64,000 nucleotides of DNA, taken from the NCBI GenBank assembly GCA_964016885.1, contig OZ024742.1, positions 367,102,001 through 367,166,000 on the forward strand, written 5' to 3'. Of this stretch, positions 39,645 to 52,077 are shown in pieces (the first letter of the stretch is position 1; each line of letters starts with the position of its first letter). This stretch comes from Eledone cirrhosa (taxonomy: Eukaryota). The notes under the pieces were generated by a model that worked only from the letters and a program-made list of their open reading frames with translations, had not been told where the DNA came from and did no database searches. Position numbers and translations under genes: made by a program.

Positions 39645-39682
39645 CCTTTACCGGTTTCGCAGTTCTTCTGCTTTTCAAAAGG
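39645..39682 (-). ncRNA. U3-A8 hammerhead, second copy of family D
   Basis: Exact reverse complement of 5805-5842 within repeat 39508-39690. Confidence 0.7.
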
Positions 39683-39897
39683 TGAGTTGAAACCAGAGAA
39701 AATTTTTTTCTTTTTTCTTTCTTCTTTTTCTTTATTTATCTCTCCCTTTATTTTCTCCACTTTTATCTCTTTCGGTTTCTCTCTATCTCCGTCTTTTTCC
39801 TTCTCCTTAACACAACGACTTACTAAAATAAACAAACCACTATCCCGATGTCTTCCAAAAGTAACGGTTGCATTTTGAAAGGGTACGTCAATGTTTA

Positions 39898-40000
39898 TTT
39901 ATAAAACTGGTATATATTGTATTTTGTCTGATGAAGGCATACCATAATTTAACATGGTATCCTTGAAATATGTATAATGAAATAAATATGGTTTTATAAA
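39898..40000 (+). ncRNA. Complete type I hammerhead ribozyme
   Basis: Stem I TATTTTGT/ATGAAATA plus TTTATAAAAC/GTTTTATAAA; CTGATGA 39928-39934; stem II AGG-C-ATACCAT/ATGGTAT-CCT; GAAA 39965; stem III ATA TG TAT; AUA triplet ending 39976. Confidence 0.75.
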
Positions 40001-40049
40001 TATAGTTTCCATTTATTAATATCGTATATATATATATATATATAATATA

Positions 40050-41800
40050 TAAGAACAAAAGATGGTTAAAGGAGTTCCATGTATTTTATTATGCGCATTT
40101 CAAAAACAAATATCATCATGCAATAATATTTGTGTTTTCATCAGATAAAACAGGAGGACATGATATGAAGGCTAAAAAACACTTGTGGATATTTCAGTTT
40201 TAAATCAACATATGAGAAGTAGTTTTAGATTGATGTGTGATATTGGGAAAAATATTTTATTTAGAGGGGGTGGTGGAAAGGATGAAAAAAAGAGGAGGAG
40301 ATGAGAGTGAAGGTGGAGAGAGAGGAGTACAGTGAGGAAGGATGAGATAGGAGGAGAGATGGGTGATAGAGAGAGAGAGATAGTTTTTATAACTGAGAAA
40401 GATATATTATTTTACATAGAGAGGTTGAAAACCGTTGGAAGATAATGTATAAATTAAAAGAATTTGAAAATTAACGAAGAGAAAAGAGAAAAATATGTGC
40501 GAAGAAAGAGGAGTTAATATGTATTGAGAATAATGAGTTAGATGATAGGGAGAAAAGTATAATGAATTGCGGATGAATATTCTAACGTCAAAAAAAATTG
40601 TATATGTTTACGAAGGATTTTTATAAGGTGATATAGAGTAAGAATGTGTTGTATTATGTAATAATTGATTCTATGTTAGGCAAGAGTGAGAAAAGGTACA
40701 GATTAGGGGTTAGATATTAGAAGAGAAGAAAAGGAAGTGATAAATATGGGTGATGTAGAAAGAGTTAACAAGTATTATAGAAATTTGAAAATTAACGAAG
40801 AGAAAAATAATGTAAAGTTAAGGTTTGTATATTGAAGGATTTGAGAAAAATAATGTTAAGTTAAGGTTTGTATATTGAAGAATTTGATAATATGTGCGAA
40901 GAAAAAGAAAATGTTAATATGTATTGAGAATAATGTGTTAGATGATAGGGAGAAAAGAATAATGAATTGAGGATGAATAATCTAGCGTAAAAAAAAAATG
41001 TATATGTTTACGAAGGATTTTACAAGGTGATATAGAGTAAGAGTAATGAGTAAACAAGTATTATAGAATGTATAATAACCTTTGAAATAAGGTAGAAAGA
41101 TGGGTATATTTTTAAAAGAAGTGTATATATATGTGCCTTTGAGAAAAAGATTCTAAATTGATAAAGAATTGAATATTAGCTGTATACTTTGTGAAATGTT
41201 TTATGGAATTTATGCAAGCAGATAGAAAACAAGTCAGTGCGTCTATTATTATAGAATCTAGATTAGAGATAATGGTAAATTTTTCATTTAGACAGAGATT
41301 GCAGATTTTAGATAGAGAACTGTTCAAGTATGTAGACGCAGAAGAAACCTTCTTCCAAAAGATGCTATATTTAATGTTTTTGTCTTTCAAGGACCATATC
41401 AGTTCTGAGAGAGCCGTGTCGGTTCTTTTAAGTTTGTATTTAAAAGATGAATGATGGTTATAAAGACGAGCTTTAAAAGAGGTGGAAGTGGAGCCAAAAT
41501 AGGTGAAGGAATTGGTGTCAGTTATAACTTTACATTCGTAAATTAAGTTTTTATCAACACAATGGTTGTTGAGAGGACATTTATTTTTAATAGGGCAATT
41601 GCAATTGCAATTAGAGAGATTATTAATGAGTGACCTAGTGTTATCTATAGAAGGAATTGGATTGGAGAAGTTGTTTGCGATAGGAATAATAGTTTCTTGA
41701 TTTAGAGTGGGATTATGAACATTTAGCGAAGTTGTGTTTGACGTTGTATTTGGGTTTGTAGAAATTAGCCTAGGGTTTACAATGAGGTCGGGAGTACTAT
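40050..41800 (-). mobile_element. 5'-truncated Penelope-like (Naiad-type) element: GIY-YIG fragment at ~41112-41615, duplicated 3' UTR, hammerhead
   Basis: CNCPIKNKCPLNNHC, LIYECKV, YFGSTSTSFKARLYNH, TALSELIWSLKD, CNLCLNEK; 40494-40665 duplicated at ~40892-41045. Confidence 0.85.
40082..40152 (-). ncRNA. Complete type I hammerhead ribozyme in the 3' region of the minus-strand Penelope fragment
   Basis: Minus: TGTTTTAT CTGATGA AAAC-ACAAATAT..ATATTTGT-TTTT GAAA TGCGC ATA^ ATAAAATA; stem III is the palindrome ATGCGCAT. Confidence 0.8.
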
Positions 41801-41861
41801 TATTATGAAATTCAGTGCAATATCTGCATTGCTTTATTGTACTACAATAAAACTCACCTCC

Positions 41862-41952
<91 letters not shown>

Positions 41953-41954
<2 letters not shown>

Positions 41955-42145
41955 CGAAGGAGTTGTGGTAAGGAACCAGATGGACTATAACGCACCAGAG
42001 TACTCAATACTTAGGGTAGTAGAGTGGGTAATAAGAAAAAGTAAGACCCCGACGGCAGAGCTCAAGCCGTTTCGACGGCTATTTCTGGACTGAAATAGCC
42101 GTCGAAACGGCTTGAGCTCTGCCGTCGGGGTCATACTTTTTCCTA
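41953..42145. mobile_element. Fold-back family A, copy 8
   Basis: ACGAAGGAGTTGTGGTAAGG.. long arm; short arm ends TTCCTA. Confidence 0.9.
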
Positions 42146-42149
42146 TATA

Positions 42150-43217
42150 TCTACTATATAAATTGGAAGTGGTCGGACGTTGTATATTTAAGTAAGTAGG
42201 TGTAGTCGGATAAACGTCGAAACGGCTTGGTGGAATGCAGCGAAAATTTACACAGTTATGCAGAATGACTCGAGGAGGCGTTGGGTCGACTTTCAAGCTA
42301 CAGGCTTCAATGGTTACGGAGAAAATCGATGAAACAGGATTTCCCGTTCAAATTGAACTAAGAGTAATCTGTGAACTCAGAAGTAAATATTTCGAGAAAC
42401 ATTGCAAGCGAACGAAAACAGGAAGGCGATATTTTGCTTCGTGAAGACGTTCCCTGGCAATGAACGGGAAAACAGCGAGTATAATACGACGTTATGTAGA
42501 GCGAGAAGAACAATTTCATGCAAAGACAACACCACGTTTATGGTGTAAATGGAGTCGTTAGACTAATATTCTATTTAAAATAACCGAATGATTTCCAGCC
42601 CCGGAGTTTAAGAATGATGTAAATAAAATTGAAAACGAAAATGACAGAGGTTATTAAAATAGTAAAAGTAAATAGTGAAGATTTAGGCCAGTACATACGT
42701 ATGCCCCGACGGACATACACATACATACGCACACACAAATACACCCCCCCCCCCCACACACACACATGCACGCACGCGTATGTATAAACCTTATGCATTT
42801 CTACAGTATTTTCACCAAACTTAAGACATAGGTTACTTATGTACTCCGGATGGTCATGGGCACTTTCATTTTTCCAGATATTATTGATTATAGGGCCTCC
42901 GGGCAGATAACCCCCTTTAACCAGTTCTTTGGAGTTGACTGAAGAACTGCAGTGCAATGGAACAAAACGTCATAACTTCTGGAGTTCGCAACCGATTTTC
43001 ACAAAACTTGACACATGGGTTACGTTTGTCCTACAGATGAATGTGAACTCTCAGAATTGGCACACATTGAGTAGGGGACCCCTGGGGGAAGGAAGCCCCT
43101 TTTGGAAAAAGCCGATGATTTTGTAAAAGTATAGTTTTCGAAGCAGCACTAAAGTATTGAAATAAATGGTATACACAACTGCTATTTAATACCCGAGCAA
43201 CGCCGGGTACCTCTGCT

Positions 43218-43219
<2 letters not shown>
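42150..43219 (+). mobile_element. Non-autonomous Helitron
   Basis: 5' TCTACTATATAAA; 3' hairpin ACCCGAGCAACGCCGGGT then CTGG; inserted between A and T; no coding capacity. Confidence 0.8.
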
Positions 43220-43268
<49 letters not shown>

Positions 43269-44247
43269 CTGTGTGTGGTAGGATATGTTTATATTCGGCT
43301 CAGCCGCTAAAGCTAATGTATAAAATACCTAATTGTGAGAGAGACTATAGTCAGCTACTTGGTGTAAAGGTTAACACTCTTGACCGGAATTCAAGGGTTG
43401 TTATGGGGTTTGTTTGTTATTGCTGTTGTTCCAGCTCAAGCCTGATTCCGTAAACCTATCAACAAGTGATCATTACATCATTTATTTAATCTTAATAAAC
43501 CCTGAACCATATCAAACATCTAATGTGTTTCCTTTTCAAGTCGGGAAGCTATAAAATGAGAGAAAATGAAGTGGCTGTTATTTCTAGCAAGTTAAATGAA
43601 TAATTAGCGGTCGTTCGCTGATTTTATTATGGCAGTTTCGGAGTCAGAACTCTATTAAAATAATGTACTTTGTTGTTGGCCCTTATTTGAACTGTTATAA
43701 ATAGGTGATGAGATGTTTGTAATTAATTCCTAGTTGGCACTGCTGTGTTGAGTTGATAAAACAATCGCTTGAATAATTGATCTGTTTCCAAAGATGAGAA
43801 CAATGGTCGTCAACCTTCTCTGTCATTATTATAGAGACTGAACATTACACAGAAGTTCCTCAAGCTATTTAAATAGAATCAGCTTAGAGGTTTATAGGAC
43901 ATTCCCGTTGTCGTTGAGTGGTGGCCAACAGAGCTCTCTTAATAAACCAGCTCAATAAACTAAGAAATGTGAGACATGACTCATAAAATGATATATGGCA
44001 AATTGCTCTCTATATATAATTATATATATATATATATACAATTAATATAGACACACACTTATATATTACATATATATAGTTATATTTGGGGATGGGCATG
44101 TTGCCAGTATTGCCAATAAAGTGAAATATTCACACCATATCATTTTCACTTTTTCACTTTATCTTTATAACTTAATCGTAAGTATGCACACCCTGCACTT
44201 TGGTACCAAGCAAAGTGCTTCCCTGTCTCTAAGCTAACACACACACA

Positions 44248-44313
<66 letters not shown>

Positions 44314-44343
44314 CGTATACATATATATATATATGTTTATATG

Positions 44344-44384
<41 letters not shown>

Positions 44385-44390
<6 letters not shown>

Positions 44391-44586
44391 AAGGAATTGT
44401 GGTAAGGAACCAGATGGACCATAACGCACCAAAGTACTCAATACTTAGGGTAGTGGGAAATAGGAAAAAGTATGACGCCGACGGCAGAGCTGAAGCCGTT
44501 TCGACGGCTATTTCTGGACTTCTAGTCCAGAAATAGCCGTCCCGTCAAAACGGCTTGAGCTCTGCCGTCGGGGTCATACTTTTTCC

Positions 44587-44588
<2 letters not shown>
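44385..44588. mobile_element. Fold-back family A, copy 9
   Basis: Longest centre TTTCTGGACTTCTAGTCCAGAAA; TA on both sides. Confidence 0.9.
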
Positions 44589-44640
<52 letters not shown>

Positions 44641-44643
<3 letters not shown>

Positions 44644-45950
44644 AATGAATAATAACAGGTAGACAGCATAAAAAGGTAACTTATTCCGTGTGCTTACAAA
44701 GGTTTCCACGGTGGTACTACAGCCTAGTTATGCTATGAGCAAATTTACAAGAATTTGCAGAACTCAAATATCCAATGCTGTGACCACTGTATCCTCAGAG
44801 CAGAATGGTAAAATGTACAATGTAAATACCCTTAAATAGAAAAGGAAGAGAGAAAAGTAGGGGAGAGGGAGAGAGAGAGAAAGATATGCAGGGGTTGGAG
44901 AAGTAGGAGAGAGTGGTTTGTAGATATCTTAATCAAAATGTTATGGTAGGGGTTTTATTATACTGGTTACTTCTGGAGAGATGCGTTGATAGTTAAGGTC
45001 GGAATTATTTATTGCCCCAGAGGGCAGGTTCATAGATGTGGAGAGGGAGGTAGGCCAAAGGCGAGAGAGAGAGTGTGTAATGGATGTAGAGAGAGAGGTA
45101 GAGAGGGGACAGACGAAGTTTATGTGGTGCGTGAACTTTGGGTTTGTAGTAGTATTCTGTGAATTGCACTGAATTACCATGTATAGTGATAAGCAGTGTA
45201 TTGTCTTGTAGTGTGGGGGAAGAGAGGGTGGTTAGCTAGAAAGCGATGTTATAGTTACGGGTTCGAATGAAAGAGATAGTTTTGTACTAATCGAGGCATT
45301 AAATAATCGAGGCATTCTTTAAATTAATCAACAAACATTTCCCTAGTTCCCATAAATACAGCAAAATTCTGAACTCTAAAACTATTAGACTATCATACTC
45401 CACGGCACCAAACCTTGAAGCATACATAAAAAAACTTAACTTAAGGCAATTAAACAACTCTACAAAACAAAGCATTTTAGTAACAGATGGGCAGAACGTA
45501 ATATCTGCCTCCCAACCACTAAATGGGAGTCGGGTATTACACGATCCACCTGTACCGCTATCACAACCTATCCATGGTATACCCGCTACCCACAACAAAG
45601 AATGTAACTGCCATCTACCTGAAAGATGTCCATTGAAGAATGAATGCCTAAAGTCCAACATTGTTTACCAATGCACGGTTGAATCGAACGACCAGAAATG
45701 GTATTATATCGGATCTACCACCACCTCGTTTAAATCTCGCTGGTACCGTCATCGATTCTCAATCAAACATCCTAATCACCGTTTTGTGACCACGCTCGCC
45801 AACAAGACCTGGCAACTCCGTGAACGCAACCAACAGTTCACCTTAAAATGGGATATACTTTCCAGCGCAAGTGCATATCGGAGTGGATTGAAATACTGCA
45901 ACCATATCCAGTGTAGTAATTAACCATTACTACATCTTGGGTAATCCTAT
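44641..45950 (+). mobile_element. Penelope-like (Naiad-type) fragment: probable inverted pLTR (44641-45290) then endonuclease fragment (~45317-45923)
   Basis: LINKHFPSSHKYSKILN..RLSYS, CNCHLPERCPLKNEC, IVYQC..YIGST, FKSRWYRH; TAATCGAGGCATT duplicated at the junction. Confidence 0.82.
44683..44806 (-). ncRNA. Type I hammerhead with expanded 85 nt stem II
   Basis: Minus: ATTCTGCT CTGAGGA [TAC-GTGGT-ACAGC..GCTGT-ACCAC-GTG] GAAAC CTTT GTA^ AGCA..GGAAT. Confidence 0.7.
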
Positions 45951-45979
45951 ACCTAATATATATATATATATATATATAT

Positions 45980-46019
<40 letters not shown>

Positions 46020-46174
46020 ATATACACGGGTGTGTATGATTGTGTATAGAAGATTATATTAATAAGAGGAATTAAAACTTTGTCTGATTTACTCGTTTTA
46101 TTTACAATCCTTTAAAATGTATAATGGTATTATAATGAAATAGTATGATAGAATATTAAATGTTAAGTGTTAAT

Positions 46175-46213
46175 TGAACAAGTACTTTCATGCTTTCGCA
46201 ATCTTCAGGTTCA
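46175..46213 (-). ncRNA. Compact type I hammerhead ribozyme
   Basis: Minus: TGAAC CTGAAGA T TGC GAAA GCA T GAAA GTAC TT^ GTTCA; perfect stem I, GNRA-capped stem II, palindromic AGTACT stem III. Confidence 0.78.
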
Positions 46214-46248
46214 TAATGTGTGGTGACAGTCACGTTTGCAATTTTCAA

Positions 46249-46294
<46 letters not shown>

Positions 46295-46298
<4 letters not shown>

Positions 46299-46437
46299 AA
46301 AGGAACCAAATAAATATATATATTTAAAAAAAAAATAAGACTTCAGTTGCATTTTCGATTTCATCCCTTTTTCTTTATACTTCCACTCGTGTAGGACACC
46401 TCGGTTATTTTTCATTTTGTAAAAAAAACCTCACTTT

Positions 46438-46440
<3 letters not shown>
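46295..46440 (+). mobile_element. Family D fragment starting near the hammerhead cleavage site
   Basis: Begins CGGTAAAGGAACC after TA and ends CCTCACTTTC before TA. Confidence 0.85.
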
Positions 46441-46499
<59 letters not shown>

Positions 46500-46719
46500 T
46501 ATAAATTAAAAATGGCGAGCTGTGTTGTTGCAAATAGGATATATATAATAAATGAAGAATTAGAAATAGGAACATCTGTCATCAGTTGTCTACTATCCAT
46601 CATAGGTATTTCTTCTCATTACAGATATATTGGCTGATATTGTGTCTGTCTTCAGTCGTCAGAATCTGTAGCCTACATAGAGCACTCTTTTTTCCTGTAC
46701 CTTTCCGACGGAAATACTT

Positions 46720-46792
<73 letters not shown>

Positions 46793-48027
46793 CAAATATC
46801 ATGTGAGATACTAATAGCTTCTCGGTTCTGTTAATGGTACTGTTGCACTCAGTCACCTCAACAACTCTGCCATTACCCTTACATTATTACATTGCACTTA
46901 TCTCAGAAACAAAGCTGCACATCTGTTACTGCAATAAAAAGACTCGCATGAAACTATAGAAAATGTTAATATTAGCTATATGAAATAACATCAACAACAA
47001 TATAAGAGATACTGGACTGATAAACCTTACAAAGAAAAGATGTTTATCAAATGATCAGGCAGAGTTGAGGAAACAGACTCTTGTAAATAAACATTCCATT
47101 TTGATATTGATTACAACTTTGATTATTACATATTAAACAGAGATAGAAGATGAAGACGAATTGGTAGAGTCGTTTGAAGGTCGGATTGGCGCAAGACACG
47201 CTGTATGTTACTAACGAGCTCCTTTAACTCCATCAGAAGTTATGGGTTAATAATATAATGACAGAAATATTTATGGGTGTAGCTAGAAATGAACAGAAAC
47301 ATTAGACACCAGCAAACATTTTCTTTTCCATTTAAGACTGACCTTAGCAATACAACATTGCTGACAACAGGTGAAGAATTGGCAGGATCGATAGAGTTTC
47401 GGACGAAATACTTTGCTCTTTCAATTGCTAATACAAAACTGTCGGTCGCAACACTTAGCAGAACATGGTGAGATCAAATACCACAACACATTCTGTCAGA
47501 CATTTTAAGAATTCCATCAATCCACATCACCTGGATATTGTTCTGTTTAACATCACCACTTGGATGCGTTCAAAGGATTCCAGTCTGTTATAAATATTTG
47601 AGTCGAGTCGGGTCTCTGATCTGAGGATAGACTCTTTAACCCATATCCAGCTGACTCGGAGGCCATGAAACGAGAGATTGCTATTGTCATTCTCTTATCA
47701 ACTAAGCAGTAGTCTAAAGAATATGTGTAAACACGTAGAAAAGTGCGAAATATTATACTAACCAATCTATGTAAGTAGAGTACAGCCAATAAAGAACTGT
47801 CAGCTTTCTGTGTTGGAAGTGTAACCAGGGAATTAAAATCTTAAAACAACATTACGATTGTCATTCACAATTGAGCATGACTTGGTAGCATTAACCCTAG
47901 TAATTTTAACTACCCACGTAGTCTTCAGCACAAACGTCCCATTGTTCGATCATCTTACACTTAACACAAGATGTAACAGTTTGGAAGAGAGGAGGGTGGG
48001 AGTGGGAACTGCACCAGAACTGAGGTA

Positions 48028-48160
48028 GTACTTTCTTTATCGATCCTGAAATAATGAAAGTTTAAAGTAGACCTCATCTGGATTTAACCTCGGAAAGCTG
48101 TGAACCGAAACTGAAAACAAATAGCACAAGACATTCAATTGGATGCTCTAACGATTCTGT
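48028..48160 (-). mobile_element. Old SINE related to S1
   Basis: Minus strand GGTTAAATCC..GAGGTCTACTTT..TTTCAT..GATCGATAAAGAAAGTAC. Confidence 0.55.
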
Positions 48161-48259
48161 TAATGAAGTGCCTTCCTAACACAACAATAGTGGTTATTTC
48201 ACTTAGACTTCTAAAGTGATGAGATATATGTATTATTGGAAGTAATGGCTCTGACACAC

Positions 48260-48505
48260 GAACATTCATTGTCCAACAAATCACGCAGATAATATTGTAA
48301 AGAAACAAACAGAAAAAAAAAGCACGTCAGCAAGATGAAAGAATATCTGTGAGAGCTAGAGATACCTCAATGGACAACAAGATTTCTCTAGAAGAAATGG
48401 AGCAATTATGGGAATATAACAACCTGAGAATAGAGATAACCAAATTATGTGTATTGAAAACAGAAACAATTCCCTTTATAATAGGTTTGCTGCAAATAAT
48501 AGAAG
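48260..48505 (+). pseudogene. Relic of restriction-like endonuclease C-terminus of an R4/Dong-type non-LTR element
   Basis: DNKISLEEMEQLWEYNNLRIEITKL..KTETIPFIIGLL resembles KE.EK..KY..L..EI..W...P..IG.LG. Confidence 0.6.
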
Positions 48506-48868
48506 AACCCCCCCCCCCTACAAAAAAGCGGTCAAACGAAATGGAATAACGAAAATTCTCATCCACTTTAGAGATGTACTCAATATTGGAGTAATGGACA
48601 CCACATATTGTGTGGAATGAATGTCATACACACACATACAAGTAACTTCACATTTACATACACACATGCACATACAAACATACATACCCACATACTACAT
48701 TGTGTAGGATGAATGTAATACACACACACAAAACTAACTTCACATTTACATACATACACACACATACACACACACACACACATACTTATAATCACAAATA
48801 GAATGCATTCTATGAATGTAATGAAAATGCAAGTTTGTGCTCGCACCCAGGGGAGCAAAATCACGCGT

Positions 48869-48908
<40 letters not shown>

Positions 48909-49000
48909 TTGCTCTCACACACAAAACAACAAATAATAGTAAATAGTAAAAGCATAAGTAACAGTGGTCTATTACGTACTGAATGTATTAATGGAAATCA

Positions 49001-49033
<33 letters not shown>

Positions 49034-49061
49034 TATATATATATATATATATATATATTGA

Positions 49062-49530
49062 AGGCACATGGCTTAGTGGTTAGAACGTTGGGAGGTTGTG
49101 AGTTTGATTCCCGAACAGGGCGACGCGTTGTGTCCTTGAACAAGACACTTTATTTCATGTTGCTCCAGTTAACTCAGCTGTAGAAATGAGTTGTGACGTC
49201 ACTGGTACCAAGCTGTATCAGCCATTGCCTTTCTCTTGGACATCATATATAGTGTATATATAGAGTATATAGTGTATATATAGAACATATAGTGCATATA
49301 GAGAGAGTGTATAGTATATGATGTGACGTCACTGATGCCAAGCTGTATCGATCACTATCTTTCCTTTGGACAACATCAGTGTGTGTGTGTGGGGGGGGGG
49401 GGGAGATTGGTATGCTCGGGTCTCTTGTGGTCTTCCACAAACAACCTTGCCTGGACTTATACCTCGGAGGGGAACATTCTAGGTGTAAATCCTATGGTCA
49501 TTAGTCACCGAAGGGGGTCTTTACCCTTTA
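49062..49530 (+). mobile_element. tRNA-derived SINE, family S2, interrupted by an AT-rich insert
   Basis: A box TGGCTTAGTGG, B box GAGTTTGATTCC, TGTGTCCTTGAACAAGACACTTTA core, tail TTTACCCTTTA; degenerate relatives at ~49855-49920, ~52975-53085, ~61790-61900. Confidence 0.8.
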
Positions 49531-49581
49531 TATATATTTAAACAGGAGCGTATGTGAGATGATATCATTATATGTTTATGA

Positions 49582-49763
49582 ATTGGCAGTATCGGTAGAG
49601 GGTCGGACGCCATGCTTTCCACCATAGATATACGGCCCTTGCCATTCTGAGTTCAAATCCCGCCGAGGTTAACTTTGCCTTTCCTCCTTACGGGGTTGAT
49701 AAAATAAAGTACCAGTAATACACTGGGAAATTGCTGGCCTTGTGCCAACAGTAGAAACAATTA
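49582..49763 (+). mobile_element. SINE S1 with TSD ATTATATGTTTAT
   Basis: A and B boxes; 13 bp duplication flanks the element. Confidence 0.9.
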
Positions 49764-51105
49764 TATGTTTATATACAATAAACATATGGTAGCCTCGCTA
49801 TCAAAAAAAAAAACGGTCCAGGATGTAGTTTCAAGATTCTCTAATCTCTCGCGTGAAGGTGTTTAGCCTACTGGTTAGGGTGCTGGGACCATAAGGTCGT
49901 GAGTTCGATTCCTGGAACGAAAGGCTAATTTTTCTCATGTAATCAGTCCCTTTTATTTTTCTTGTCAAACTGTCACGGCACGGGCGTAAATACACACACA
50001 CATACACACTCACACATACACACACTCACACATACACATACACACATACACACATACACACTCACACGTACACACACTCACACATACACACGCACACAGA
50101 CATACACACATACACACTCACACACGCACACTCGCACACAGACACTTACTTATTCACACAGATATATATATATACATATAGGTGTGTGTGTGTGTGTGAC
50201 AGGCTTCCGCAATGTCCGTGTACGATGCTCGCTTACAAGGCATTGGTCAATCTGAAGCCACACTCTATAACTGAATCCCGATCTAAGTGGGTGCAAAGCA
50301 AAGTCTGAAACCCCACTATGATGCCAGTAACTTTACATTGTTTTAAAAGTGGCAGATGTGACAATCATTCATCTCCGGGTGCAATATAAGCAAATGTGAA
50401 AGTAATAGAGGGAAAAGCTGAGTATTTCTTTTTTTAAGCCAAAGACTGAATTAGTCAAATCTTTACGTTTTTAGTTATTACCTCTCTTGCTGTAAACCTC
50501 TCCTCTGGATGAGTACTAAAAATAGAGAAGAGAAAATATTTAAAAGCCACTTGAAGCCTACTTATAATAGAGAATCAGAGTCTTTAAATATAGTTGAATT
50601 CTGGTCGACTTCTTCAACACTACAATTCTTAGTCAGTTTTCTATTGTCACCAATATCAATCAGTTAATGCTAGGCGTCTTTGAGGTAAACAGTCTCCGAA
50701 CAAAGCCAAATTTTTCCTCTTTGTTGTAAGCCAGTTGAAAACACCTGCTAACGGCTTCGATCGATTCAGTCTATAAATTATGGCAAATTTGAATTACAAT
50801 TATCTCTTTTCTTAATAACAAGCTTCAGCGCAGTTTTATGCCAACTCTAGGATATTTGATATTCGATATTTTACTTCTACACATTTCTCACAAAAGAAAG
50901 CCATCAAGATCAAGGTTTCTACACACAGAAACTTACAGAAATATATATTTAATTTTTATATACAGTAATTTTTACAGACATACAAACTCACACACACACA
51001 CATATATATATATATGTATATATATATATACATAGATATATACACACACACAAACTCACGCACACACACACACACGCACACGCACACACACACACATACA
51101 CACGC

Positions 51106-51224
<119 letters not shown>

Positions 51225-51468
51225 CCCATATATAAATATATATATTATCATTATCATTATTATAGACATGACTTCTACAGGACTAGAACTGTTTCATTCG
51301 TAAGAAATCATCAAGTCTTTCTTGCCAATGAAACATTTCTAATAATGTAGAAGTCATTCATATAATAAAATAAATATGCCTATACTACTACTATTATATT
51401 GAGTACCTTTTTTAAACTGCGTTCACCACCTCCCCCGATATACATCTGGAATCCACACACACACACAC

Positions 51469-51556
<88 letters not shown>

Positions 51557-51890
51557 ATACGGCTGTAATGGTCAGAAGGAATGTATTTTAGATAAAACCT
51601 CTTTAGGTAGGTCTGTGCGTTCTCAGTTCAATTCCCATCCTACCAGGCAAAGACGGGGACCTTTTGGCCGGGACTTGCAACCGGCAGTTAGTATCAACAA
51701 TGGAAAGAAGAATGAAAGCATGGTTCGATTGGTTCGATCTGATGATCGGCTCCTTTGCCAAGACTTGTGACTGACAGCTATCAGAAATTGTAAGTCCAGT
51801 AGAGACTTTTCCTCGGTCCCAATTGACAATCGGTTCCTTACCTTTATTTCTGTCAAAAGTTATCAATGACAGGTATTATTAGCAATGGTA

Positions 51891-52077
51891 AGGGCGGTGG
51901 ATTGGCAGTATCGGTAGAGGGTCGGACGCCATGCTTTGCAGCATAGAGTTACGGCCCTTTATGGTCTGAGTTCAAATCCCACCGAGGTTGACTTTGCCTT
52001 TCATCCTTACCGGGTCGATAAAATAAAGTACCAGTAATAAACTGTGTAATTGCTGGCCTTGTGCTAAAGTAGAAACA
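51891..52077 (+). mobile_element. SINE S1, longest 5' head, with TSD
   Basis: GGGCGGTGGATTGGCAGTATCGG; flanked by ACAGGTATTA..AATGGTAAG. Confidence 0.9.

Noticed and set aside
42216-42229. GTCGAAACGGCTTG match to family A inside the Helitron 5' end
   Set aside because: Only 14 nt; AAACGGCT-type motifs are common near Helitron 5' ends; treated as coincidence
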